NCBI GenBank assembly: GCA_040143965.1
Contig: JASJQH010000030.1
Span: forward strand, 1 to 44,430
Length of the DNA stretch: 44,430 nt
Origin: Basidiobolus ranarum
Lineage: Eukaryota
Reading direction: 5' to 3'
Position numbers and translations under genes: made by a program. Positions 12,298 to 25,341 of this stretch are shown here, piece after piece. The notes under the pieces were generated by a model. The model had not been told where the DNA came from. It saw nothing but the letters and a program-made list of their open reading frames with translations, and ran no database searches. Numbering within the stretch: position 1 is the first letter of the stretch; each line of letters starts with the position of its first letter.

Positions 12298-12675
12298 AGA
12301 ATTCATCAACATTCGAGGTGTTTTGACCATCAGCTTTATTGTAATTTTCTTGGACAGAGTTTGGAATATTTCAATACAAAAAATCAACAATTCCCTATGC
12401 ATTTGGTGTACACAATTTTCTTTCTCGCTTCTCTCTATTTATCTTATATTGATTAGCATTACATTTTATATAAATATGCTTAGACTAAAGTTTGCAACAT
12501 GTCTGTTACGATCTCTAATGTGTTCCGTATCAATCTCTATGGTATACCTATGGGTGCTGGTAGTTTTTCAGGTTCTAAAATCATCGTATTTGATATAACC
12601 TGTTGAGTAGAAATCACCTTGATCAACCTTAATATTTTAAAATTTTCTTGATGTAAATCATCGGGTTTTATTGTC

Positions 12676-14005
12676 ATGATGAGTATCATAGATCCAATAC
12701 ATTGCAAAGGCATTATTATTCCTAGTCATCACAAGATTACTACTGCCAAGGAACTTATTGAAATGAGCAGTATTGGTCAAACTTCGATAGCTGAGGATCA
12801 GAATGCTAGAAGAGAAAAGCTATTAAATGAGCAAAAGAAGGTTATACATACTATTTTTAACTTAACATCAGATGGAATCTATAGATATTACAGTAAATTA
12901 ACCTTTTTCTTAGAGAAAAAGAGATTTTAGTGAATATGCGCAAGAGCTAGCTTTATCACAAAATACGCAAGATGAAGATTATGAAGCCACTCTTTCAAAA
13001 AAAGAGAAACGTAAACTAGATGAGGAGGTTACTTATGAATCGGGAACACAAGATAGTGCAAAGAGAGTCCGAATTAAGGGTCCTAATCCTAAGAATCAAC
13101 AAAAGAATCCTTACGCGTATGTTTAAAGTTTTAATGAAGTATTGAGAAAAGTAACTGATGTTTAACTGTGATAGTGATCAACTCATGTACGCTGAATGGA
13201 TGATACAAGTACCTCCGAATCTCTTTGGCGGCTGGTACTTGATTCTATGCCCTAAAGGAAAGCGGTGTATGATAATTTCTGCTAATGGTTAGTTTCAGTG
13301 ACATTACAGATTCTACAGCTTCCTTAACGTATTATCTAATTTAATATACTAATATTAGGAAAAACTCTATGTCGTTCTAAGAGCGGACGTGTCATCAAAA
13401 ACTTCCAATCTGCACTTCCGGCTGGCTTTGCTAACTATAGGTATGTTTTGTACAATATAGTTATTTCCTCTTTATAGTGGAGTTCTCATAGCGTAATTTA
13501 GAGGGAACCGATCTTCTGATTATTGCATTCTTGACTGCATTTTTGATGAAAGTACTTCAACATTCTTTGTGCTCGATTTAATGTGCTGGAAGGGTATGCC
13601 ATTATACGATTGCGCTACAGAGTTTCGGTAAGATATATATATATATATATGAATCGCTTCATCCTGTTAGACGCTAATATTGTGAGTAGTTTTTTTTGGC
13701 TTCAAAGCAAACTAACCGAGTTAGATCCGCCACGGACCTCTGCGCAAACTGAATTTCAATTTCGCTCATTGCAACCATTTGATTGCACACAGGAGTCTTT
13801 AACATCGTTAGCGAGCAATCCATATCAGCTTAGCTATCAGCCAGACGGTTTGCTATTCTTTAACAAGGAGGCCCATTACGAAATCGGCGACACTCCTCTC
13901 TGTGGTTGGGTTGGTATTGAGAAGTTCGAAGAAATAATCGGATCATGGTTATCTCCACAGCCAACTCAGTCGATAGAGCCTGGTCCAGCATTGATGGAAC
14001 AGTGA
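12676..14005 (+). CDS. SNUPN: Snurportin-1 (m3G-cap snRNP import adaptor), about 6 exons; start may be 12676 or 12763
   Basis: IBB-like DQNARREKLLNEQKK; cap-binding domain QLMYAEWMIQVP...CPKGKRC...ILDCIFDE...FFVLDLMCWKG...DCATEFRFFWLQSKL...DGLLFFNKEAHYEIGDTPLCGWV. Confidence 0.92.
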
Positions 14006-14574
14006 TGTTTGATTACAAAAAAAATAGTACAGAAGGGGATGTTCGGTGGCATTTACAAATAGGTTTCGTTATCCAACAAGCCGTGAATATAACTTTAATT
14101 AAGGGTAGTGAGTGTATGCATTGAGGCAACTTGATAAATCTCATGTTATAATAAAACATATGTTACATTAAGAGATCCTTGTCTAATTTGAATTCTCAAG
14201 AAATGAAACATCTTTATTTAGCAATCCACTGGCTGACCTCCGCTTCTATATTTGGATCCGTGTCATATGCTCGGCAAACACCACCTATTTCAAATTCATA
14301 ATTACCTTACAATAACTCTAAATCCAACCCCCCTCATCAGTCAGTATTCTTTTATCATTCTGTGCATACCTATCTAATTCAAACAGTCTCCAGTCTTATC
14401 ATTTATACATCTACTTTCCCTCAACTGTGTACTTTTATTAAGGTAATGATCTCCATTTCTCTTCTAGTAGTTTCTTCTATTGGTTTTAATCAATACTACA
14501 ATTGTTGAATTTTAGTTGGATTTACTTGAGTTTTCTAATAAGCGCGTTGTGTTCGTCGGTTTTTTTCGATCCTC

Positions 14575-17500
14575 ATGATAAAAGAATTACATTCCAAACA
14601 AGTATATCCATATGTGCTTCGTTGTGCTTTATTAACACAAAATTTGGCTGAAGAGAAAGTCACTAGAGACATAAAAAAACGCAGTTTTCACATAACCTCT
14701 CAAAATGGTGGATTGCCCAAACCGTTTATTAAAGCTCTTCGGGACCGTTTGAGCTCCATCTCGAGATTGCCATCTACAAATACTACCCATGGTGATAATC
14801 TCTCTCGGAAATGCATAACGCTCATGTCTAGTAGCTTACATGATCGTTCATATGTTTCGACGTTGAAAGAAAATGGCAAAGTAGAAGATCTAGTGATCTT
14901 TTATTCTAAAACAGTGTCAACTCAATTTAGACAACAAGGAATCGAATCTTCCCAGAGTACTAAGGAAAGATTGTTGGACTATGTGAGGATTTTTGTTTGT
15001 ATTGTCAGAGATACCTTAGTTGGATTTCCGCAGTTGGCCTCAACCGATATTCTCCAACGTCTTGAAAATTATCAACTTATCATTCAGCCTGCTGCTGCCA
15101 AACAATCCAGCGCCGCTGAGGGTAGATTGGCTGATTGGGTTGGGAAATTATATGAGGTATCCTCTAGGGAGCATCAACGAGTAGTCGAATCTTTTTCCAA
15201 TATGTGTAGTGGACAGGTAAAATTTCATTTCAACCAGCTACTTTGCATATGATTTTTATACGTTTATTCATTTCTAGTCAGCCTTTTGGGAATTAAAAGA
15301 ATGTCTCAGTAACCTGGAGAAGGGAACTGGTGGAGTGTTAACCACAAAGGATTTCAAATCCTTAGAACTGTTCGAAACTTGGAAATCCAGAGAAAGAACT
15401 ACAATACAACAGTTTATGATGTCGTTGGCTCGTACCGGGAGAGCTGATCAAAGTGCAACAATGGAGGTAGTCGGAAAGATACTTATATTGCATATAAATT
15501 AATATTGACTTGCTTTGCTCTTCCTTGACACAAAGTACACGAAACCTGGGTTTTCTTATATGCCTCAAGATCCAAAGGGATGCTATCTCAATCTTCTGAA
15601 ACGCTGTGTTCAGATGGATATTCTTAACCATGTTAAGATGTCCACAGAAACTCTATCCCTCTCCAAACTTTCAAACGAAATTCTTGCTGAATGTGGGTAT
15701 CGATGGAGATTGACAAAACTTTTTAGAAAAGTTGCATATTTGAACGTCATCAACGACCAATTTGAAAGCGGAACAGTTCCGCTAAGTTATCTCGATTCCG
15801 CTGTGACTTCACTAAAGAAAACAACAGAAGAGTGCGACGAGATTGATTGGAATATTCCAGATGTAAGTAACACAAACTTTGGATCTCGTCTCTGGTTTCC
15901 TTAATCTTGAGTACTAATGTTGAAATGAATCTAGTCGAGCTATCTTTTATCCGTATTTGAAGCTATGGTCCCCTTGCTTTTACAGCAGTTTGAACATTCT
16001 TTTCGAATGTTTGGAACCACTTCTCCACAGACCTTTCGTATTGTAATCGCTATGCTCTCGGAGATACACTATTACCCATTGTACCAAGAAAAACACCTCG
16101 ATCAAGAGCAATTTTTCGAAGCCTTTCGCGATATAGTTCTGGTAAGAGGATTTCGTGCAATATCTAGAGTAATTACAACAATGTGACATGTGGTTCTTTA
16201 GAATTCAACGATCAAACGCTTCTACGAACTAAGAGAGCTCGTGTCGCCTGAACCTGATGCGGCCGAAGCATTGACGTTATTAGAGCTTAATGAGCTCATC
16301 CTACGAGATATCGCAAAATACAAGAAATGCTTCCCAAAGCCAGTATTCAGGTCAGTATGCATGTAGATAGGATGCGTAATCCGTTTGAAGTACTTATCAG
16401 TATCTTTCCTTTTGTTAGTCACAAGATTGATATTATCAGCATTGTTTTGCGCTTTCCACTGAAGAATTTCTTCATCCCTGAAGTTCAGAATATGGTGAAC
16501 GATAAGAAAAGCGAGAACATCCCAATTGAAGATACATTCAAGCTTTACAATCATGTACTAAAGCTACATCATATTGCCCAAGAACATTGTCCAGAGTAAG
16601 TATTTTCTAGTAAATGACACTAATGGAGCTACGTGTATGTCAATACTAATTATATTGTAGCATCGATTTTCAAATTGACCTTGGGAAATGGTTCAAAGCC
16701 CAAGTAGAAAGGTGGCTCAATACACTTAGCTCCAAGGCTAACGATTGGGTCGAACGAGCAATTGCCGTGGATCAATTCACCATGATTTCCGATCGATTAA
16801 GACACTCGACCTCTGTGGTAGATTTATTCTCCTTCTTTCAACAACAGATTCGGCCCAGTTCCGAACTCACTTGGCCCGATGAGATGTTGAAAGCGCAGTT
16901 TGTGTTGAAACTGTCGAAGGTGATTAGCCAAATTGTCGAACAGTATTGCCAAATTACACTGGATAGCTTCATACATGATCTGAAGTCTATACCACCAGAG
17001 CTTCACCCTTCAGGATCATCCGGTTGGATGAACATAGGGAAGAAATCGCATTCTGGTTCATTTGAAGAGAACTTCGCCCCTACTGATATCAGCTTGCAGG
17101 CTTGTGTAAAATTGAACAACATAGAGATTGCTCAAGATCGCCTCAATGATCTGTACCATTCTCTTGATATTGACAAGGTATCTCTGACTTTGGACTCACA
17201 TAGTCCAAGATCTGAAGTTGACATACCAGAAAGTCCCATGCCATACGTTTATCGGTACTTTGTAGAGGTAGTGCTGGGACAGGATCTACAACCGTGCGAC
17301 CGTAATGGTTTAAGCGATCCATATGTAGTCTTGAAAAGTAACTCTAGAGAAATTGGCCGCACTCGTATTATTTATGAGAATCTTAATCCACGTTGGGAAG
17401 AAACCTTTCAAATATCATTCTCAGGTGTTGGGAGTGTAGAGGTTGTCGTTTTTGATAAAGATATGATGAAGGATGATGATTGCTGTGGAACTGCTTACCT

Positions 17501-18580
17501 CAACCTAGACCCATCCATCTTCAATGACTATTTCACACACGATGTATGGTTGGATTTAGAACCTCAAGGGAGGATTCTACTACGAGTACATATTGAGGGA
17601 GAGAAGAATGACGCGCAATTTTATTTCGGCAAAACATTCCGGGCCTTAAAATCGACTCATGTTGATATGATTCGAACAGTCATTAATCGACTATCTTCCC
17701 AGATTAAAGGACTTCTCTCAAAGAGCCGTTTGTTGGTCCCGTTCAAGCGCAACTCTTATTTCTCTTTCATGAAATCCTCGGCCAAGCCAGCCCATCGAAA
17801 TATAACTGATGAGGAATGCGATAAAGTACTGTATCCGTTATTCGACTATTTGGATAATAATCTTGGAATGATCAATGAAAATATCTATGATGGTTTGGCC
17901 GAGAATATGATTGAAAAGATATGGAAAGAGGCCTTGCTGGTTTTCGAACGACTACTGATCCCTCCACTTGGTGTAGAGTATGATCCATTGGAGCCTCACG
18001 AAATCGACATGATCTACAGGTGTATAGAGGTTAGTCCATTCAGTCAAATATCAGCGTGTGTGTGTGCGTAATACTAACGATATTCCTGTATACATAGTTT
18101 ATCAAGATCTATTTTAATGGAGGTGAAGACAATGATGGCATTCCAGAAGAACGCCTTAAGAATAGGAAATACAGGGAATTGTGTGAGGCTCGTGAACTTC
18201 TTTCCCTGAATTCTAAGGAACTGATGAGCGAATATAATATATCCATGAAAAAGAGTGCACAAAAGACAGAGCCTCAAGTAAAAGATTTAAAGCACATTCA
18301 ACGCCACTTCGGAACCATTAAAGAGCGCAAATCGGAAAAACGGTTGTTTACTGAAAGATGTGATTATATCCTACGTATACTGCAAACCCATTCCGATAAA
18401 GAAGCCAAACATTTTGTACTAAATCAGCTGGACCTTCGTCGTAAACAACAACAACTTAATGCTGTAAATGAATTTAAATCCTCAAGTCAACGCAAGTCTT
18501 CTAAACTCACTAGCATGGCTCCTGAACCGGGTGCCCTTTTAAGGCCAAAAAGCTCATATGCTAACCTGATGACAAGTTAA
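14575..18580 (+). CDS. Fungal Munc13-like protein (MUN/MHD1-C2-MHD2), multi-exon
   Basis: C2 domain with acidic Ca2+-type residues (DLQPCDRNGLSDPYVV...NLNPRWEETF...VFDKDMMKDDD); RHSTSVVDLF and ACVKLNNIE (MHD1-like); LYPLFDYLDNNL...IWKEALLVFERLLIPPL (MHD2-like); GT-AG introns join the ORF pieces. Confidence 0.85.
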
Positions 18581-19419
18581 GATATATAACGCCATGTACA
18601 TTGACAACTGCAACTTCGTAACTTATGGTAGTAATTATAATCAACACGAAGTTCTTGAATTTATAGTACAACCCCCCCCCCCCAGTATAACCTTTCTACT
18701 CATCGGTTATACCTTCTAGGTTGACCTTCAACTTTTATTTTGTGATTAAATATATCCTCCCATTAATTTTCATGGACACATTCAGTTCAATTTGCCATAT
18801 ATTTAAGTACCTAGCTCTGTCGAGTACTTATACCGTTTCAATGATCTATGAGACAACCTCATGCGAGGGTTATACTAGAATTTTGTTCTTGAGGGTGTAA
18901 CATGCTGTCAGTTATAGGTCTTCGAAGACATAATGTCCACTAACTCAAAACCCCTCAGACTGGATGTGTACCATATGGAACGTTCTTTATTCTTCAAATC
19001 TATAACTAATTACGCATATATTATCTAACATATCTGAACTCAAGTCGAGCATGTAATTGCTCTCTTCTGTAGGTAACTGTTGACGTACCATTATTACGTT
19101 TACCACCTGTTTGGTTATATGTTTCGAAATGTTATCATAAAACAGCATAGTTTAATCAACCAAATCAATCATATTCCTTTATACATTAGTTAACCCTTAA
19201 CTATCCTAAGTGATCAACAAAACCTGATTAAATGAAGATTCCTCATATTTTCTGGGTCCATTTAAGATCGGAAAGTAAGGGAAAAAAAGTTGGGAAAAAA
19301 AAAGAAAAAAATGTTTCGGGCCCCAAGATGATGAATTTACCAACAGTAAAGAAAAAAATTCCCTAGGAGGTTTTGACTCTACCGTTGCTGTCACTGTACC
19401 TACTTTGTATTAAGACAAG

Positions 19420-20397
19420 ATGAGACCTATTCTTTTACAAGGACATACCCGTTCCCTCACTCAAATAAAATACAATCGCGAAGGCGATATTTTATTCAGT
19501 GTATCCAAGGACAATGTTGTGAACGCTTGGTTCTCTCATAATGGTGAGCGTTTGGGTACTTATAATGGACACGTGGGTGCTATCTGGACTGTTGACGTCA
19601 ACACCACCACTTCTCTTTTGTTGACTGGTTCTGCTGATAACACAGCTCGTTTGTGGGATGTCCAGACTGGCAAACTTCTTTACACCTTAGAGACCAAGAC
19701 CGCTGTCAAACGTGTTCAATTCTCTGAAGATGATGCCTTGGCCTTGATTGTTACTGAAGAAAGAATGGGTCATCCTGGTACCATCACCGTCCTCGAAATT
19801 GTTCAAGATGGTGACAAATATGCTCTTGAGCCCATCAACGTCATCTTACCCGAAGGCTCCAAGGCCACCGTTGCCGGTTGGGGTTACTTGAACAAGTATA
19901 TTATTTCTGGTCATGAAAATGGTAGCATCTGTATGTGGGATCCCAAGACTGGTGAAAAGTTGAACAGTGTTCACCCTCACACCGAATTTATTACTGATCT
20001 TCAATTCTCCGTTGACCGTACTTATTTCATCACCAGTTCTAAGGATAAGTCAGCCCAAATCTTTGAATCTAACACTTTAAAACATTTGAAGACCTATGTT
20101 ACTGATACCCCACTCAACTCTGCTTCCCTCACCCCCAAGTTCCAAGAATTTGTCGTCGTCGGTGGTGGTCAAGAAGCTATGAACGTAACAACCACTTCCC
20201 AACGTGCTGGTAAGTTCGAGTGTCGGTTCTATAATAAGATTTTCGAAGAAGAAGTTGGTCGTGTTAAGGGACACTTCGGTCCTATCAATACTATTGCCAT
20301 TCACCCAGACGGTAAGGGTTTCTCCAGCGGTGGTGAAGATGGTTACGTTCGTGTGCACCACTTTGATGAGGATTATTACAAGTTCAAGCATGCTTAA
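19420..20397 (+). CDS. TIF34: Translation initiation factor eIF3 subunit I (WD40), intronless
   Basis: [23 protein letters not shown]...[12 protein letters not shown]...GHFGPINT...[14 protein letters not shown]; codon usage typical of a highly expressed gene. Confidence 0.97.
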   Translation: MRPILLQGHTRSLTQIKYNREGDILFSVSKDNVVNAWFSHNGERLGTYNGHVGAIWTVDVNTTTSLLLTGSADNTARLWDVQTGKLLYTLETKTAVKRVQFSEDDALALIVTEERMGHPGTITVLEIVQDGDKYALEPINVILPEGSKATVAGWGYLNKYIISGHENGSICMWDPKTGEKLNSVHPHTEFITDLQFSVDRTYFITSSKDKSAQIFESNTLKHLKTYVTDTPLNSASLTPKFQEFVVVGGGQEAMNVTTTSQRAGKFECRFYNKIFEEEVGRVKGHFGPINTIAIHPDGKGFSSGGEDGYVRVHHFDEDYYKFKHA

Positions 20398-21042
20398 TTT
20401 CCTACCATATTGTTTGGCAGCTTCTTTCATATTGTACAAAACTCAGAGCAATAATAAAATGGATTTCTTGAATCTATTAGCTTAAATATATTATTATTTT
20501 AACTTGGACGTGACACATGATGAGTTTACACTTCTACATGTTTAGGGTGTTTTGTGCTAGCAAGAAATCAATAAACTAGTGTCTGCTTTTAAGTTCTCTA
20601 CCCTGAACGCCTTTTAATATCGTAGGTGTGTGTCCATCTCATCTTTCATAGCCTGATTAATTCAACTATATTAATGAAGAGTTACTCTATATATACTGCC
20701 AATGCTTATGATGACTCTAGAGGGTCCAAGTGTAGAGACAACTTCATTGCATACACCTGTTTTAACAACAATCATATATGAATCTATCGATAAAATCCCT
20801 TTTTGATTGTTTAAATAATAAGATTGATTTAGTTGTTTTTGTATGAGTCACAGTAATTCTGGGAACCTCATTTATTGCAACATTTCCAGAGTTATATTCG
20901 TACCACATCCACTGACAATATGTCAATTCCATTCTAAACATACTTAACGAGAAGATAAAGTAGGATAATAATTCAAAAAGCTACCTGTGTACGAGAAGAA
21001 ATATAGTGATGGTTGGAATAGGCTTTTTTTCTACCAGACTAA

Positions 21043-21411
21043 GTGATGGGCCAGAACCTTCCTTTCTATACCGGTTTTCAAAGTACAGGGAATAGAAGTC
21101 AAATCCCTTTGGCAGAGGCAATGAGAATGATCAGTCATGCTCGGACCACTCAACGAACTCTAGCTGCCGAAACGAGTGGAAATCGTTTGGCAGAAGCGAT
21201 GAGAGGGATTAATAGTACCAGAAGAAGGGAAGCCTTGCATCGAACTCAAAATGTAGTAACAAACACAAACTCCAACTCAGTAGAGACAAGGAGAGTAAGT
21301 AACACCAGCACTACTAATTCAAGTTCTGCACTCAATCAGCATGAACAGTTGCCAACATATGATTCTTTGCAACTCCCTGCTTATGAATCGCCACCTCCCT
21401 ATTGCCAGTAG
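21043..21411 (+). CDS. Small hypothetical protein with C-terminal PY motifs; 5' end uncertain
   Basis: 122-aa ORF ending LPTY...LPAYESPPPYCQ; internal repeat LAEAMR twice. Confidence 0.5.
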   Translation: MMGQNLPFYTGFQSTGNRSQIPLAEAMRMISHARTTQRTLAAETSGNRLAEAMRGINSTRRREALHRTQNVVTNTNSNSVETRRVSNTSTTNSSSALNQHEQLPTYDSLQLPAYESPPPYCQ

Positions 21412-22205
21412 CTACTTTGTCTAGTTCGGTCATTGAAGTTCCCTCTGAGCAGGGTTGGTATATTTGTATTACACATATTAATAATTTGGTGATAGCCACG
21501 CATACCCAGGGTTACGCTCTTTGTAAGAATCAACAACATTACTGCGGCCAGACTTGTTTTGATTGAATCTATAATATATATATACCCTGACACTTACACC
21601 ACATTAATGATGGCAAAGAATAAATGGGTTCATAAATGGGTTCACACCATATATCACAATTAGCATATGCTGTGGTTGAACTCAAGATACATTGTGTAAA
21701 GATTGGCAGATAGTCGATTGTTTTCATATACATTGATCTAGAATCGCAACAGTCATCCTACCCCATCCCAACCAGTCCTGTTCTGTGCTCTCTTTAATGT
21801 TCCGTCTACGTAATAAACACTCTGCCTACCTTGCCTCCACATACCCTCGTCATCATATATTCCATCATATCCCCTGAACTTACCTGCGATGACTGGTAAG
21901 AAAGCCTACCCAGCTATGGGATTCGATCAATGATATTTGGTAGGCTCCACATAACTTTAACCCTGTGATTCATATCAAGGTTTTTGGAACCTGATCGAGC
22001 TGCTGATCGAAATTCTCAGTGAATTTTTACCTGGTATGCCTTAAACATGTTGGAGGCACCGGTACCGAATATTGCTGAGGTGACAAGTGATTACGTAAAC
22101 TCAGTATCTTTCGAACAGAGATTAGTTCCAAAGGTCAAATAGAAGTTAAATGGAGGATGCACTGAATGCGCTGAATGCATTGAATGTACTAACTACTTTT
22201 ACGAA

Positions 22206-22247
22206 GCCATGTATACGCTGCCATGTATACGCTGCCATGTATACGCC
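22206..22247. repeat. 14-bp tandem repeat x3, with a degenerate 9-bp repeat just upstream
   Basis: GCCATGTATACGCT x2 plus GCCATGTATACGCC; ATGCACTGA-like units at about 22157-22190. Confidence 0.9.
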
Positions 22248-22778
22248 GCCACCTGGTGTTGTAAAGGTGAAGAAAGGAAATAGCAGTCAGCTAACCTTGA
22301 AGAACGACAATTGCTAAATGGAGCGATTTTCCACCAATGGTAACTCTCATGCCATGCTCTTGTTATTAACGTTACGACATGGTCTATAGATGGATAAGGG
22401 ATGGGAAATCTAGCAAATTTAGGAATGGCTATTCCCTTTCACGCTCACTTCCATGCCCTAACCCTACCTTCATCCCTAGGGTATGATCCAGTTTTTCAAG
22501 CCCTTTCTAAGCACTTCCCCATTTCTACTGATAATCCCAAGGTATGATCCGGTTCTTCCAAGACCTACCGAAGATCCGGAGACATGGGAGAGAGAGCCAT
22601 GTACTAACGAACCGAGTGAGAAAAATTTATGCTGGGGACATGATTGTTATGATTTTTAGAGTTCTAATGGTAGATGGCAATTCACATATAAATGTAGCTT
22701 GTCATTCCACAGATTCCGTGGACGCTCTCATTAGTTTCCCTAACCTTTGCCTACTGCACACTACACCCAATTTAACCT

Positions 22779-23804
22779 ATGCCTGGTACTTGTTACTTTA
22801 TTTTATTGCTACATGTGACCCAGAGTTCCTAACTCCCATCGTTTGTTTTCAGCAGCTCAAACTCGCCGATCTTCAATTGATCTAAGTGTTTCAGTGCATT
22901 ACAGCACTGATATGCCTACACCCCCACCGCCTAAACTTCGAAAAACCCAAAGTCTGTGCCTTTCCAACCAAGAGTTTCTGTTTAAAGATACTTGTAAGCG
23001 TACTGTGCTGGACACTCGTGGGCAACTTAACTCCCTTCCTTACTTCGACAGTAAGGAAGACACCCTTAAGCGAATTTCCCCACAAACTGTATGTTTACAT
23101 TGATTTTCCCGACTGAAAGTGCACCGAGACTAAATCATTTCCTCGTCATAGCTTTCTGAAGTTCTCTCCGGAAAATTTAGAGACAACTACGACAAATTGG
23201 TTGTCGTGGATTGTCGATTTCCTTATGAGTATGAGGGTGGTCATATTGAAGGTGCCTTAAACTTAAACACTAAAGAAGAGCTGGAGAAGCACTTTTTCGT
23301 AAACATTCCTACAAGCCTCCGAACAATTGTAATTTTCCATTGCGAATACTCTGCCCAACGTGGGCCTCGCATGTAAGTATTTCTAGGTTGATATTTGTGT
23401 TCTCGAACTCTCCGTCTAACCGTAGTATTTTTAGGGCTCTTTACTTACGAAATAAAGACCGCGAGCTAAATGTAGACAACTACCCTAATCTTTACTTCCC
23501 TGAGCTTTACATCGTAGATGGAGGTTATCGTAAATTCTATGAGAAGCACAGGGAACTCTGTACTCCGCAAAACTACATTGAAATGAACGATAACGAGTAT
23601 TTGGAGGAATGCAAGATACTGATGAGCCGTTTCTGCACCAATTTCTCTCCACGTCGTAATAAACCTAAAGCTGCGGGTTGGCCTCGGGTTACAGACACAT
23701 ATAGACCGATGTCGTTGCTAACTGCCAGAAAAATCCACGCCATCCCTGCCAGAAGAACCGAACTGCATAGAGGAAGTCTATTGAACAGACTTAGATCCAA
23801 TTGA
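22779..23804 (+). CDS. cdc25: Cdc25/Mih1 M-phase inducer phosphatase (rhodanese fold), about 277 aa
   Basis: Exons 22779-22785, 22853-23088, 23152-23372, 23435-23804; VVVDCRFPYEYEGGHIEGALN, active site IFHCEYSAQRGP (CX5R), DRELN...YPNLYFPELYIVDGGY. First exon ambiguous (see findings). Confidence 0.93.
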
Positions 23805-24484
23805 TAGGGAAAACAAGCGAACGAGAGCGCGTCCTCAATCATATATACGGATCACCCAAAAAACTCGACTGATCGAACTTTGCGACTACTTATACAAACA
23901 ACATTTTCAAACCCATACATATCTTACCCGCACAATACATATTTACTCCATCTTTCGATAAGAAGAATGTAAAAATCATCTGCCTAAAAAACCTTAATTA
24001 TGGACCAAGCCCGCGCGTATCGACCTCTTCTTCGTTACCTACATTCGCTTCCAAGGGTGAGCAATCAACCAAACTCAAGGGCCCCACCGAAGCTTCATTG
24101 ATGATCGCTTCTACCACACCATCCCCCGCACCTGTTCCGGTTGAATTCTTATTCTTTTTTGTTTCTTATAGTTTTAATTTTTCACTCTGGTCCCTTGTTA
24201 CATTTTCTCATAGACTTCTATAGCTATCTTTATGGACCATTATTGATATTGGTATACCATGATTTCATTCCCCAAAATCTTTTTCTTGCGCGCGGGGTCT
24301 TGTACATACAAAAAATCCCCATTTATTGCATCGATAAACAATCAGTTGATTTGTAACTAAATGAACTTTCATATCTATTTAATGAACTTAACGAATTGCC
24401 AGATGATCATCAGAGTTACATCCATATCTGACCCTGGTTTAAGTTACCGCCACGTTTTGTCCTATTGTTTTGTCCTAGCTGGTG

Positions 24485-24587
24485 AGTAACCATTATGTAA
24501 GACAAATACTGAGTTCATCGTTTGAACTGCCTGCTAAAGTAACCATTACGTAAGACAAATACTGAGTTCATCGTTTGAACTGCCTGC
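24485..24587. repeat. Tandem direct duplication with a 53-bp period
   Basis: AGTAACCATTA(T/C)GTAAGACAAATACTGAGTTCATCGTTTGAACTGCCTGC at 24485 and 24538, one mismatch. Confidence 0.95.
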
Positions 24588-25341
24588 CATTGCCACTGCG
24601 ACTGATTCTTGTTTCTTGCATTGAATACATTATATAATCTAGATTACAATGGTCAGTAGTGGAGAGGTGAGAGATGCAGTAAACACTGGCGCTGTTCCAC
24701 GGCATTCATTATTACCTTATGGTGACTCTGAGCGATAGGGCGAAGAAAAGCAATTGAATAACCCTGATATTGCGTCTTACAATGCTGTCTTTTGATTACA
24801 CCACTCGGTTGAAAGACTGGAGGAGAGTAGTATACATGATCTAGATTCTTGTACGCTTATCTAACCCTATTTACATGATAAACATTGTTGTTTCATACTC
24901 ATTAAGATTCATGCGAATGCCTACTCATGTGTTCCGTTGTACACTGTATTTGATGATGATTTGTACTCTACGCCTACATGGAGAAATCCTCTCGATTAAT
25001 GGCCTATATAACCATTTCAACCTGTCTCGTTAAACAAGTGACCTGATTTATTTTTCTTTATCACTTGATTCAAATCAACCTGATTGCGAATTAGAAAGTA
25101 CACATGGGTAATTACCATTCTGAGGAAATCCCCTCGCATGCTAATGAAACATACTGACTAGCTGCCATATATGGTGTGGATTTGTATGGTGTGGATTGCT
25201 AAGCATATTGTATTGATAAACAAACAAGAGGAGGGTGACAAACACTTGTACATTGTGATTATGAAAGATGTTGTGTGGGTGGATATTTGTTCTATGATAA
25301 GAGATGCTGGGTTGGTCAGGAATGATCTGATGCTGAGAGTA

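Noticed and set aside
18672-18683. C12 homopolymer after the Munc13-like gene
   Set aside because: Simple homopolymer with no supporting context.
21878-22030. Possible U1 snRNA gene starting ACTTACCTG
   Set aside because: No ATTGCAC loop II and no convincing U1 cloverleaf; kept only as a cis-structure idea.
22036-22046. ATGCCTTAAAC matches the first bases of U12 snRNA
   Set aside because: The branch-site-pairing GTAAGGA that must follow is absent, so this is a chance match.
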